Positions 1 to 12,694 of a stretch of 63,729 nucleotides of DNA are shown piece after piece. The stretch is from positions 72,324,688 through 72,388,416 of the forward strand of contig NC_068985.1 of the NCBI RefSeq assembly GCF_001194135.2, read 5' to 3'. This DNA comes from Octopus bimaculoides (taxonomy: Eukaryota). The position numbers were made by a program, and so were the translations under genes. Under the pieces are notes generated by a model that saw only the letters and a list, made by a program, of their open reading frames with translations, was not told the origin of the DNA and did no database searches. How positions within the stretch are numbered: the first letter of the stretch is position 1; every line of letters begins with the position of its first letter.

Positions 1-161
1 ATGCTAGTGTGTTTATGTGCCTGTAACTTAGCAGTTCGACAAAAGTGGCCGATAGAATAAGTACTAGGCTTACAAAGAATAAGTCCTGGAGTTGATTTAC
101 TCGACGAAAGGTGGTGCTCCAGCATGGCCACAGTCAAATGACTGAAAAAAGTAAAAGAGTA
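1..161 (+). mobile_element. SINE family A, 3' part
   Basis: Same body and tail (...gatagaataagtactaggcttacaaagaataagtcctgg...ggtgctccagcatggccacagtcaaatgactgaa..gtaaaagag) as the longer copies at 24319-24710 and 33143-33486. Confidence 0.8.
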
Positions 162-164
162 TAC

Positions 165-227
<63 letters not shown>

Positions 228-375
228 GGTTATGAGAGGTAATGGGGTCAATGAGACCCAGAGGTGTCAGGTAATGCTGAGTAAGTGCTATGGATATACC
301 ATAGTTAAGCTCCAGATTCAGTGATTATGCAAATAAGGAGTCAAACATATCAGCTTGTGTTTATATAAAAAAATC

Positions 376-617
376 TTTTCAGAATGAGATGAAAAACCAA
401 GGCTGTGAAAATTTAAGAACATTTATAAATAGAAGGTCTTACAACTGTTTCCAGGATACTCTATTTCATATCTTATCTAAATTAACTATTGCTTAACCAT
501 TTTTTCACACCGTCTCCGATGAAGGGATATAATAAATATCCTGGAAACAGCTGTAAGACCTATTTAAAAATGTTCTAAAATCTTCACAGCCTTGGTTTTT
601 TATCTCAATCTGGAAAA
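376..617. repeat. Inverted repeat (arms 376-458 and 537-617), probable Penelope-type pseudo-LTR remnant
   Basis: The roughly 80-bp arms are reverse complements with scattered mismatches (aaaaaccaaggctgtgaa...ggtcttacaactgtttccaggata vs tatcctggaaacagctgtaagacc...ttcacagccttggttttt). The right arm overlaps a hammerhead motif. Confidence 0.8.
512..559 (+). ncRNA. Minimal type I hammerhead ribozyme motif (core variant CCGAUGA)
   Basis: GTCT-CCGATGA-AGGGATAT-AATAA-ATATCCTG-GAAA-CAGCT-GTA-AGAC: stem I GTCT/AGAC, 7-bp stem II, palindromic stem III ACAGCTGT, cleavage triplet GUA at 553-555. U4 is replaced by C. Confidence 0.6.
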
Positions 618-730
618 AAAATTTTTATATATACATATATATCTATACACACATATAGATATACGCATACATATATTTATATGCACATACATATATACAC
701 ATATAGATATACGCATACATATATATATAT

Positions 731-773
<43 letters not shown>

Positions 774-869
774 TGCACACACACACACATACACACACAC
801 ACACACACTCATATATTTACGCTGGTGGTGCTCTGCATGGCCACAGCCTCAAAGCTGAAACATATAAAG

Positions 870-908
<39 letters not shown>

Positions 909-1177
909 CACATTACATGTATGTGCCTGTGTATGTTCAAGTATTGATGTAGGAAATATAAGTTCCTTATTTATGGTGAAGGAACTTGTAATGATGGAAG
1001 AGCCAACCCTACAATGGAACCAACTAGTTGACTATTTTGTAGTTGTATGGTTAAAAAAAAACACCTACCTCGTGTGTCTGTGGATGAGTGTATGTGTGTT
1101 AGTGTGTGTGTAAGTATGTGTATAGTAGTCTCAGAGTCCATAAATCTAGAAGAGGTTGTGCTCATATTTTTTTTCAG

Positions 1178-1262
1178 CAGTGCCACCATAATCTTTCTTC
1201 GATACCTTCCATCTCTCAAGAGCATGCGTTATTATTTAACTGTGCCGTTATCTTACCGATTG
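1178..1262 (+). CDS. Candidate upstream Robo exon (QCHHNLSSIPSISQEHALLFNCAVILPI)
   Basis: Poly-T tract plus CAG acceptor (AG 1176-77, NAGNAG alternative 1179-80) and G|GTAAGA donor at 1263. The frame is open and ends in phase 1, as needed to join exon 9473. It has 4 CpGs in 85 nt. I recognise no Robo motif in it. Confidence 0.4.
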
Positions 1263-1763
1263 GTAAGATTGGCTGTAATGGATCCATAATACTCTATATT
1301 TTGATTAAAATATACATGTGTATTTGTATGTGCTTGATTTACTTGTGTGTGTGTGTGCATCAAATTAAATGCTTTAATCTTAACAATGAGAAAGAATGCT
1401 TCCGTTTAGAACATAAATGCAGAAACATCAAGAAATATGTAAATAAGTCTTTATTAGTGATATAGCTAGAAGTGAATTCTGTTATAAATAGTAGCGTATA
1501 TGACACTGGTAGTGTGTCTGCCTGGCTTAACAGAAGATACCTATTTGGAGTCCGACAGTCAGCTATGTCTTTTTCTTTTTCCATTGAAGGGGTTTTCATC
1601 GAATGTATTATAAGCTATTATTTATCATTAAATTCGCTTAAAGAAGCATAGTTAATGAAACTATTGTGTGTGTGTGTATGTTTATATATTTGTATGCATG
1701 TATGTATATATATGTATAAATATATACATATATAATATATATATATATATATGCATGTGAGTT

Positions 1764-1817
<54 letters not shown>

Positions 1818-2028
1818 ATGGGTGTGTGTGTGCATATACCTTATGCATAAAAGCATAAATATATATATGTTTATGTAGATATGCATTTATAGTTGTGTAT
1901 GTGTGTGTGAATGAATATATATATACACACACACGTATATACAGTTACGCATATATATATACATGCATTTGTATATGCATATATGTATATATTTATTCAT
2001 ACATATATATGTATATATATATATATAT

Positions 2029-2074
<46 letters not shown>

Positions 2075-2107
2075 ATAAATATATATATATATGTATGTGT
2101 ATATATG

Positions 2108-2151
<44 letters not shown>

Positions 2152-2929
2152 GTATGTGTTTGTGTATATATATATATTTGTATATATTTGTATGTATGTG
2201 TTTATGTATCCATGTATTATATTTATAATTTAGATATCTATTTAAATACTCGTTCCAGTATTAAGCTATTTTCTTTTTAATGGGTGATATTGTTTTTGCC
2301 AGTAAGATATTTTATCAAAGAATTCTTCTTGTTATGAATGTGGAATTGAAATCCAGAAAGGGTGTGGGTGGGGGGAATTATACATGCTTCTCTACACACA
2401 TAAAAAAAATATTAGATATGCCTGCTAGTGTGTGTTTGTTGATTCAACCATTATTTTATTTTATAAAATATAAACTTGTTCTATTCAGCTTTCATTCAAG
2501 CTTTTTCAATATTAGAAATAAAAACAACCTTTTACATTCCATAAATTTCTTTTTTTTTGCAAGGATCTAATGTTGCTTTTTATTTTATGTATTGTTTAAT
2601 CTGAAATAGAGGATTAGTGCCCTTGGGTCTTTTTTTCCAGCATCTTTTAAAGTGTAATGGAATTGATAGGAATGTATGTTTGAGGTTAATGGGGTCTGTA
2701 TTGAGTTTGAAGAGCACTTCATGGTTGAAAAAGTAGGAAACATTATTATCCATTATGTATCCCACTAAGAACATATGTTAGTGGATCCCAAAATCTAACC
2801 CACTCAGAATATATATGCTAGTATATGACTTAACCAGACTACAGGTTAGTCTAACCAATATACAATGTACTCAGGATATAGTTAGCATACCTAATAAGTA
2901 GTTTCTATGGCAATATGTGACCCATGCAC

Positions 2930-3133
2930 AAGGTAGTAAGTTGGCAGAATTGTTAGCACACAAGGCAAAATGCTTAATGGCATTTCATCTGTTTTAATGT
3001 TCTGAGTTCAAATTCCCCTGAGGTTGACTTTGCCTTTCATTCTTTTGGGGTCGATAAGTACCAGTTGAGTACCTGGGGTGATGTAATCGATTTATCCCTG
3101 AAATTGCTGGCCTTGTGCCAAAATTTGAAACCA
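2930..3133 (+). mobile_element. SINE family B (tRNA-like head)
   Basis: ttggcagaattgttagc (A-box-like), gagttcaaattcc (B-box-like), gactttgcctttcat...gataagtaccag, ggccttgtgccaaaatttgaaacc. More than 20 related copies occur in the window. Confidence 0.8.
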
Positions 3134-4472
3134 CTATTTATTATAAGTCTGTGTAAGTCTCCTTACTAAAATGCCATTCCTGTATAACAAACCAGCATGG
3201 TAGTCTCTATATAACAACTGAACTTGTTAGAAATAGTAGCTAAACGTCCTTTAAATCACTCTCCAGCATCTTAAAAATAGAAAAATGAGAAATACATAAG
3301 ACAACATAATCTTTGAGATATAAATCAAAGACTATTTATATATCTTTGTTCATAGGTCTGTTTCATTAGGAATAGTCTAGCATGAATCAGCCACCACTAC
3401 TATAGCAAACTGATCAAATGAAGTTGGTAAAATGCTAGTTATCATGATTGAAATTATTTTATTAAGCTTTTTCCAAATTCTGGATTATTTTGAAAAATAA
3501 TTGAAACACATTGGAACTAAATTCTTGTTTGAAATACGATGGTGGATCAACTTATTCATGATTCTTCTCTCAGTGGATTAAATGCAGAAATAGTTTAGCC
3601 AGATTGACCCTCACAGTGAAATTTGTAATCTAATGGTTATGTCAATGAATCTTGGCAAATAAAGTGGCTTATTTCAGTTTCACTCACTAATTACTAAGTT
3701 TAATTACAATTTTACTAATTAGAAGTTAATTTTATTACAAAAACATCTTACAATAAATCTTTTGAATTTGTAACTATTCCACCAACCTCTTCATTGTTTT
3801 TCTCTCTTCCCATTCTTTCTCCCTTCCCTGTCTTTCTCTCTTCCCCTTCCTCTCTTTTCCATTCTCATTTATTTAAATTTACTCTGCAAAGCTAATTATT
3901 TGGTTAATTTTAGATATTGTTTATTTTTTTTCTAAATTTCTTGATCTAAGTATTATATTTCTCCCTTAGACAATATCAGCATAATTGCCATTATCCAATA
4001 CACATTCTCGCATCTGTGCAATCCACACACAGTGACCATCAGCACTCAAGCCAAATGAAATAAAGGTTTATATTCATACACACTCTATCTCTCCCCCTCT
4101 CTATCTTTATCAAATATGCACATACACACACACACACACACACACAAACACTGTACTAACAACAGAAAATGCAAAGTTGAATTTTATATAAACTCATATA
4201 TGCATATGCACATGCATTATAACCCTAACCAGTGAAGGAGCCTATACATGGCTGCTCAACCTTCTAGAAGTACATCTAAGTTTTCTTAAAGTTATATTCT
4301 ACAGCCTCTTTAAAAAATGGATGAACACATTTGATAGTGTATCATGGACAACCATTTACCTTATCTGGAAAAAGTAAAAAAGAAGATAGCTGATCAAGAA
4401 AGGAATGGACTGAAATATCTTTGACCAGTCAGGAATTACATGGATGTTCTAGTTCAGTGAAACACTTGAAAT

Positions 4473-4538
<66 letters not shown>

Positions 4539-4990
4539 TGACCAATGAAATCAAAATCTTACTGACTTGAACCAGCAAAAAAAGCCTCTAGATAGTTGTT
4601 TCAGCTGCAGAAACTTCAAGTGAATTACCCTTAAATCATGTACTAAATTCTCTAAAAATGAAACAAACACTGAATGATATGGTTCTAGATGCACTTAATC
4701 ACAATTGGAATGCCTTTGATCATAGACTTGTTTAATAACTACAACTTTGTGAACTCTTTCATCAAATTAAGCAATCGAAATAAATCCACTGATGGTTGTT
4801 TCCAAATCAGATGATGAAAAGCTACATCCATGACCCTTTTTTCAGGGCCTCTGAGACTGGTGTGAGTTATCTTCAGACCAGAGACTGGGGTTGAAGGCTT
4901 GCAACAGAGTAGGTTTCACTAATGACACCTACGGATCAGCCGAGGATGTTAAACTGGATGATGGCTCAAGTCTACCATTCAAAAACAGGC

Positions 4991-5036
<46 letters not shown>

Positions 5037-5850
5037 CTTGCACTTACTTTCTCTCAGCCAAATTTCACTCAAAAGGTTCAAAACTATTGATAGAAGACAC
5101 ATGCCCAAGTTTTCACATAGAGAGATCAAACCTGAAACCAAAAAATCTTAAGCTGTTATTTACCCTAACATTCCGGAACCTGTTTTTGTTGTTTAGCTCC
5201 AGGTCAGCCCTGATCCAGCAAACCTATGAGTGAAAGCATATCCAAGACATAGCCATCCTTCTTTCTTCTTCATGCAGTATACTACATTATTCAATGTGTT
5301 CTACCAATTATTTCATATAGTAGTGAGGTATATATATATATATATATATATATACATACACACAGTATGTATATGCACACATATGCATGTTTATTTATGG
5401 GTATATCATAATCATCCCCATCCTCACTGTTTTGACATCTACTTTTCTATGCCTGGATGGATCAGATACGAACGAGTACACTGGGGCAAGGTTTTCTATA
5501 GCCAAATGCACTTCTTGATGCCAACACCCCACACCTCACATGTCTCTAAGGAAGATGATAATCTCCCAGTTTATCAAATAAGAAACAGCTTAGACATACT
5601 TACAGAGAGAACTGGAAACAAACAATATCATCAGAATGAGTCTTTTCTTTATAAATATGGTGCAACCTGTCAAAACATGTCAAGAAGCTTGGATATGTTT
5701 TAACAGTGAACTGAGAGCAAATGACACTATCAGTGAAGTCATTGTTCACAACCAGCAAACATATGAAGATGAAGGATATATACATTCTCTTTCATAAGCA
5801 TACACATACACACAGATATACATACATACATACATACATACATATACATA

Positions 5851-6996
5851 CAGGGGTTGGAGAAGATGATGGAAACACCTTAAAATTTTAAACAAATTTC
5901 TTTTAATATGGGGTAGGACCACCTTTCGCAGTAATTACAGCTTGAATTGTACGAGGTATGGACTCATACAAAGTTTGAATTGTTTCCAAAGGAATTTTTC
6001 TCCATCAGCTAAAACAGTCTCCAGTTCTTGTAGTGATGATGGTGGAGGATATCAACTCTTTACTTGTTTTCTTAAAATGTACCATAAATGTTCAATAATA
6101 TTGAGATCTGGGGACTGTGGTGGCCAGATAAAATGTTCAACTTCACTAGAATGTTCCTTATGCCATTCAGTAACAACTTTAGCTGTGTGAATTGGTGCAT
6201 TATCATCCTGAAAGATTGCATTTCCCTCCGGAAACAGTTCCGTAACCATAGGATGAATTTGATCAGATAAAATTCTTAGTCTTCACTATTAATTCTTCCA
6301 TGAAGGGAAACCATTGGGCCAGTGGATTTCCAAGATATAGCCCCCCAGATCATCACAGATCCTCCTCCATGCTTAACAGTTGGAAGAAGGCAGTCTGGGT
6401 CAAATGTTTCTTTTGGCTGTCTCTAGGGACCAATTTTGTAGGTTTTTACTCAACTTTAAATGCTTTGCAACATTTGTTTTTGAAAGTAGTGGTTTTCTGA
6501 TTGCAGCTCTCTTGTGGAAACTGGGTTTTCAAGGTAGTCATTAAGCTCTGCAGTAATTTTGGGAGCTGTACTTTTGTGATCCTTTCTAACAATTTGCATA
6601 AGAGTCCGACGGTCCCTATCTGAAAGTTTTGGTTTTCTTCCAGAGTTTTGTTTTGATATGGAGAATTTTCCCTCTTTCTCAAAGGCTGTCATTACTTTCG
6701 AGACAGTACTTCTTGATACACCAAACATTTCAGCTGTTTTCATTACACTAACACATGCCATACGAGCACCAGCAATTTGACCATTTTGGAAGTCCAATAT
6801 ATGTCATTTTAATGAATTTTAACTACTTTTTTCTGATGATATCTGAAAAGAGACTGCAATTTTAGCAAAACATATTAAGCAACGCTAAAAATAAATCAAC
6901 AAACATAAATATAAACAAGCTTTTGATGGTTTTATAGATATTTCAAAATTAGGATGCTATGATGCTAGGTGTTTCCATTATTTTGTCCAACTCCTG
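5851..6996 (-). mobile_element. Tc1-like DNA transposon, DD36E type, internally deleted
   Basis: 30-bp TIRs (5851-5880 and 6967-6996, 26/30 identical) flanked by TA. Transposase remnants: HTH region GVSRSTVSK..GRKPKLS (6456-6797), TVKHGGGSVMIWG, and QDDNAPIH...WPPQSPDLNIIEHLW with 36 residues between D and E. The segment carrying the first catalytic D is deleted. Confidence 0.95.
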
Positions 6997-7994
6997 TATA
7001 TAATATATTATATTATCATTATATATATATATATATGTATGTATATGTATGTTCCTTTAACTTATGCTAGCATGTAAAAACAGATATAAAACAAATGAAT
7101 AATTAAATATATAAATTAAAAGTATACACACACATATATATACCCACTTGCACATACAGACATACATTCGTACATTAGAAGTCCAATCTGTAAGTAGAAC
7201 AGTAAAAATATGCAAGACTTTTCTCAAGTTCCAAATGTGAATTTGTCTGTGTTAACTATATCCCAAAGATGGAGCCTTGTATCTTTGTTGGAAACTGACT
7301 CCCTCCTCAGTGGAAGATTTATGATAATTAAAAAATAGAAGAGGCATGCATACATATAAGCAGGTGTTACTTTGCAACCTTGAGGTTTTGAGTTCAGTTC
7401 AAAAGCAAAGCACTTTGGGCATGTCTTTTAACACAACCTCAAGTTGGCCTGTAGCTTGTGGGCATAATTTGGAAGATGAAAGCTGTTGCTGAAGTTCATT
7501 ACGTGTGTGTGTGTGTGTCATTAACCAGCTTGTCAGCAAGAATATAAGCAATAACAAAACTGCAAATTCAAAATGAAGTCCCTTGGGATTTCTCTTCTGA
7601 ATGAAGTTATATATATATACACAATCCTTTATCACTCCCACCATCAGAAATACAGTGGACCAACAATTAGTCTAATGGGGATTTCTAACAAAGGATTCTA
7701 TTGTTCATCAATTGTGACATAAAATAAATATGCAATATAATATATACCACTGTATATGCCTTTGTGTGAGTGTGTGTGTGTGTGTGTGTGCATGCGTATG
7801 TGTATGTGTGCATATATATATATATATGTGTGTGTGTTTGTATATATATTTATAAATAGGAAACTGGCACAACAAGGCACCAATGTTTGCTGGAAATGGC
7901 AGTCAATAACCGTACAACACTATGTAAAGCTTTACTGAATGCATAGAGGCTGGAAAATAATACTATTGTGTTGTAATGATATTTATAATTTATG

Positions 7995-8200
7995 CCGTTT
8001 TCGTGCGGGTGACATGTAAAAGCACCCACTACACTCTCTGAGTGGTTGGCGTTAGGAAGGGCATCCAGCTGTAGAAACTCTGCCAAATTAGATTGGAGCC
8101 TGGTGTTGCCATCCGGTTTCACCAGTCCTCAGTCAAATCGTCCAACCCATGCTAGCATGGAAGGTGGAGGACGTTAAACGATGATGATGATGATGATGAT
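7995..8200 (+). mobile_element. SINE-like family C with (GAT)n tail
   Basis: gtaaaagcacccactacactc...ggttggcgttaggaagggcatccagctgtagaaac...ccaacccatgctagcatggaa..ggacgttaaacgatgatgat. Other copies: 25865-26091 (+), 38813-39018 (-), 43045-43245 (+), 10600-10830 (-). Confidence 0.85.
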
Positions 8201-8225
8201 ATATATGTGTATATATATATGTGTA

Positions 8226-8953
8226 NNNNNNNNNNNNNNNNNNNNNNNNNNNNNNNNNNNNNNNNNNNNNNNNNNNNNNNNNNNNNNNNNNNNNNNNNNN
8301 NNNNNNNNNNNNNNNNNNNNNNNNNNNNNNNNNNNNNNNNNNNNNNNNNNNNNNNNNNNNNNNNNNNNNNNNNNNNNNNNNNNNNNNNNNNNNNNNNNNN
8401 NNNNNNNNNNNNNNNNNNNNNNNNNNNNNNNNNNNNNNNNNNNNNNNNNNNNNNNNNNNNNNNNNNNNNNNNNNNNNNNNNNNNNNNNNNNNNNNNNNNN
8501 NNNNNNNNNNNNNNNNNNNNNNNNNNNNNNNNNNNNNNNNNNNNNNNNNNNNNNNNNNNNNNNNNNNNNNNNNNNNNNNNNNNNNNNNNNNNNNNNNNNN
8601 NNNNNNNNNNNNNNNNNNNNNNNNNNNNNNNNNNNNNNNNNNNNNNNNNNNNNNNNNNNNNNNNNNNNNNNNNNNNNNNNNNNNNNNNNNNNNNNNNNNN
8701 NNNNNNNNNNNNNNNNNNNNNNNNNNNNNNNNNNNNNNNNNNNNNNNNNNNNNNNNNNNNNNNNNNNNNNNNNNNNNNNNNNNNNNNNNNNNNNNNNNNN
8801 NNNNNNNNNNNNNNNNNNNNNNNNNNNNNNNNNNNNNNNNNNNNNNNNNNNNNNNNNNNNNNNNNNNNNNNNNNNNNNNNNNNNNNNNNNNNNNNNNNNN
8901 NNNNNNNNNNNNNNNNNNNNNNNNNNNNNNNNNNNNNNNNNNNNNNNNNNNNN
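8226..8953. other. Assembly gap (N run); other gaps at 11430-11645, 31198-31322, 31979-32628, 39084-39363, 60697-61331
   Basis: Runs of N, each flanked on at least one side by (TA)n or (TG)n microsatellite. Confidence 1.
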
Positions 8954-8996
<43 letters not shown>

Positions 8997-9472
8997 TGCA
9001 CATGTGTGTGTATATATGTATATACATGTTTGTAGATATACTTACATATATATCATCATCATCACTTTAATTCCCATCTTTTCATGCTTCCATGAGTCAG
9101 ACAATATGTTGAGGCAGTTTTCTTGTCACCAACTCTCACTAAGCAAGGTAAATTTTTCCCAATGATCAGACATCTTTTTCATGGCTGATTTAATACAAAT
9201 AACATCACTTCAATCAATAACACTCATTTACAATCATCACATGATCTTAAGACAAAAGGTGTACACATATATGCATGCACACACAAACACACACTCTCAC
9301 ACAAGCATACATACACACATGATATTTCAGGTTCAACCCAACCCTGTTTCCTTTGGTGTGGCCATATCACAGCAAATTACTTTATGATTTAATATGTGGC
9401 TTATTGCTGTGTATCACTCTTTTTCATGTATTTTCTTCATGCCGCATTCATTTCTCTCTGCGTTCCCTATAG

Positions 9473-9664
9473 CTTCCATGGTTGCTTCTTGGGCCAGTGT
9501 GACTGACAATGGTAATGCAAGCTGCAATAGCATTCGATCAAGTGCAGCCAGTTCAAGTGATGGCTCATTCTTGACCGAAGCAGACTATGCTAGTGCTGTT
9601 GCTAATGTTGCAGAACTTTCTGGACTCACCATGTTTGGAACTACTGCCTTTGATCCAAAGTCTG
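9473..9664 (+). CDS. Robo: Roundabout (Robo) receptor, cytoplasmic-tail exon A
   Basis: Pyrimidine-rich acceptor ...ttccctatag|ct and g|gtaagt donor; 192 nt, phase 1-1. Encodes SMVASWASVTDNGNASCNSIRSSAASSSDGSFLTEADYASAVANVAELSGL, which matches the vertebrate ROBO1 block GSMINGWGS...[29 protein letters not shown] (recalled). The paralogue cannot be assigned. Confidence 0.92.
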
Positions 9665-10336
9665 GTAAGTAAACAAGTGTATAAACAAATATTTAAAAAT
9701 GAAAAAGAAAAAAAATATAAAACAATATGTCAAGAAAAAAAAAACCTTAAAGAAAAACCTCATCAGTTGAAATTCATATAATTATCAATTATTTCTGTTG
9801 TTGCCACAAGGACACCATTTGGATGTTGAGGATAATTACATTGAGGAAAAAATTTAAAATATTGAAGGTCGTTATCCAGTGTGATAGGGAAACAATTATT
9901 TGAAAATAAACAAATAAAAGACATGTATGAATGTCTGTATATATAAATTTATGACTTTGTGTGTGTGTGTGTAAAAAGAGAAAGACAGGTGCTATGAAGT
10001 CATTGACCTATTTGAAATTTGTACAACTTTAGTTCCATATGAAACAGCATTTTTACCTCTATTTTTATCATGCATAATGCAGTATAAATATAGACGATGT
10101 CTTTTCTTATTCTACCCTTGTTTTGAAGAAATTAACTTTATTTCAATGATCTTTTCATTTTGAAATGCCAAGCAGGAGGTTTTCTTTAGAAAGAACATAA
10201 ACAAATATCTCTGCACTCCAAGAAGTTTCATTGCAAAACCACACACACACACATATGTGTGTATGTTTACATGTGTGCCATGTTTGTATTTATGTACGTG
10301 TGTTTGTATAACTATATATATATATATATCTATACA

Positions 10337-10452
10337 CAGTAATACCTCACTTTACGAGACCCTGACTTTATGAGTTTTATTTTCTGTTTATGAGTTTTCG
10401 CTTTACAAGCATTCTCTGAGAATGAATTAACTCATATATTGAGGCATTACTG
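10337..10452. mobile_element. pogo/Tigger-like MITE
   Basis: TIRs CAGTAATACCTCA... / ...TGAGGCATTACTG, TA on the right flank (CA on the left), internal ctttaYgag sub-repeats. Confidence 0.65.
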
Positions 10453-10456
10453 TATA

Positions 10457-10536
<80 letters not shown>

Positions 10537-11651
10537 TGTGTGTGTGCACATGTGTGTTAATATATTTATATGTGCATATGCATATATGTGTATGTCATCA
10601 TCATTTAATGTGCATTGTCCATCTTGACATGGGATGGATGATTCAAGAGGATCTGACAAGCTGAAGGGCTATGTTGAGTTTCAGTGTCTGCTTTAGCATG
10701 GTTTCTACAGCTGGATGCCCTTCCAAATGCCAACCACTTGACAGAGTGTACTGGGTATGTTGTTCATGGTGCCAACACTAGTGAGGTTATCAAGTTACTT
10801 GCAAGATAAGATCTCCTTGACTGAGTGAGGTGGTTTTGTGCCAGGTGTTGAGAGACTAAAGTGTGATAGTGGGATAGGAACAAGAGTCTTGCTATAAAGA
10901 AGATACATGGCTACCCCAACTGGAAAAATAGAAATGATGGTGACGATGATGTGTCAGGGCATACCCTCAGAGTGCAAGCCAGTGATTATAAGAGAGAATA
11001 GGGACAAAAAATCATGAAGAGTGGGTGGTAGATTTGCAAGACTGAAAAGGTAGTAGCTGATGCTTGGCAACATGGTCAGTAGTGAATGTCAGATTGGATG
11101 GAAGAAAGGGAAGGAAAATAGATGTGGATCTGGGAAGAGGAGTGGTAAATGACAATACAAAAAAGGGCAGTGGAGAGATGATAAATAGGGAGATGATATG
11201 AGAGAGTATTCAGAGCAAGGAGCATTCAGTTGAAAAGAGATTGGTAAGGGATTAAGAATGCAGGAAGGGAAACAAAATGAAGTGGTTCCAAAAAGAGGAA
11301 TAACTAGTGGCACAAAGTGAGGATGAAATATACGCACTTCTGCTGTTATATAATTACACTCACTGATTAAATAGTGCTGTAGCTAGAAGAGAGATAGAGG
11401 GATGAGTTGCGGTGATGGATTGATTAGGGNNNNNNNNNNNNNNNNNNNNNNNNNNNNNNNNNNNNNNNNNNNNNNNNNNNNNNNNNNNNNNNNNNNNNNN
11501 NNNNNNNNNNNNNNNNNNNNNNNNNNNNNNNNNNNNNNNNNNNNNNNNNNNNNNNNNNNNNNNNNNNNNNNNNNNNNNNNNNNNNNNNNNNNNNNNNNNN
11601 NNNNNNNNNNNNNNNNNNNNNNNNNNNNNNNNNNNNNNNNNNNNNNTATCC

Positions 11652-11703
<52 letters not shown>

Positions 11704-11734
11704 ATACATATAGATATATAATATGAAATTTTGA

Positions 11735-11808
11735 ATTTAGTTCACAGACCCCCAGAACTATCTTTGCAGACCACCAGGGGTTTATGGACCCCAGGTTGGG
11801 AACCATTG
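11735..11808 (-). mobile_element. hAT (Charlie-like) MITE, one end
   Basis: Reverse complement begins CAATGGTTCCCAACCTGGGGTCC, a hAT-type terminus. The other end is not seen and may lie in the adjacent gap. Confidence 0.45.
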
Positions 11809-11859
11809 GTGTAGTGTAGAGCATAGAAATAATATGTTTATACATGTCTTCCTGAACAC

Positions 11860-12199
11860 AATTGTCAATCATCTCATTCCTTTGTCATCTCCACGAAGCT
11901 CAACTTTCTGAGATCAGTCGCCACTGCTTTGTTCCACATATTCCTGGGTATCTCTCTTCCTCAGGATCCATCCACATTTAGTGATTAACATTTCTTTATG
12001 CAGATGTCTTCACCCATACACATCACATGACCATAGGAGCAGAGTCATCTCTTTGTATACTACATCTGATGTTTCTCATGTACAACTTTTTGTACTATGC
12101 TAGCTTCATTTCTTTCTAACCATCACATGTCCTCTGGATCCCAAACCCATGTTTCACCACCATACTGCTCATACACAGCATCATACAATGTCTTTCACT

Positions 12200-12253
<54 letters not shown>

Positions 12254-12590
12254 TTTTGTTACCAACAGAGGTAATAGCTATTTCAGCTTTCTTCAGCCAG
12301 TTATTCTAGTAACTATACTTTCAGACCATCTTCTACTGCCTAAGTAACAAAAATTATCTACAACCTCTAAAGATGTTTTTAGCATTCAAGAATATCTATT
12401 TTTCGTGTGCTCTTAATGTATATTGCTCCTGCACACTTATCATAAATAAAGTGTACTTTCTCTGTTAACCTCCCGTTGATTCCACTATACCTCTGGTGTG
12501 TCCCTAGTTTGCACTGGGTACATATGTTGTATGAAATTTCTACACATCAGCACCATTTTTCTGAAGGGATTAGTTTTTTTATCTCTCTTT
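11860..12590 (-). mobile_element. RTE-clade LINE, decayed 3' ORF region interrupted by (GA)n
   Basis: Minus-strand remnants resemble LYDACV..GETW..EDM.WLERNEAS...YGHVM.MGED.CIKKC.SLNVDG..GR..PR, with stops and frameshifts. Confidence 0.7.
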
Positions 12591-12640
12591 CTGCTAACTA
12601 GAACTTTGGTCTTTGCTAAGTTAACTTTATTTATTTGTGA

Positions 12641-12694
<54 letters not shown>

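Noticed and set aside
600-2233. Many ORFs such as [11 protein letters not shown] in the ORF track (also 27699-28157, 29528-31616, 55172-56632)
   Set aside because: They are translations of (TA)n/(CA)n/(TG)n microsatellites that lack stops by composition, and have no splice or homology support.
4846-4861. Apparent 16-nt micro-exon (ccttttttcag|...|gtgagt)
   Set aside because: The frame needed to join exon A in phase 1 reads GGC CTC TGA, a stop.
4560-5150. Coding-looking stretch (LKACNRVGFTNDTYGSAEDVKLDDGSSLPFK)
   Set aside because: Multiple stops, no splice frame and no recognisable family; at most an unidentifiable decayed element.
6833-6856. CTGATGA...GAAA inside the Tc1 element
   Set aside because: No stem II, stem III or stem I pairing; chance match. 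Other CTGATGA/TCATCAG hits (about 5629, 9763, 15945, 26977, 38506, 52296) also lack a downstream GAAA fold.
8133-9165. Long ORFs of 250-350 aa spanning X runs (also 31750-32728, 38968-39443, 60438-61514)
   Set aside because: Artefacts of assembly gaps.
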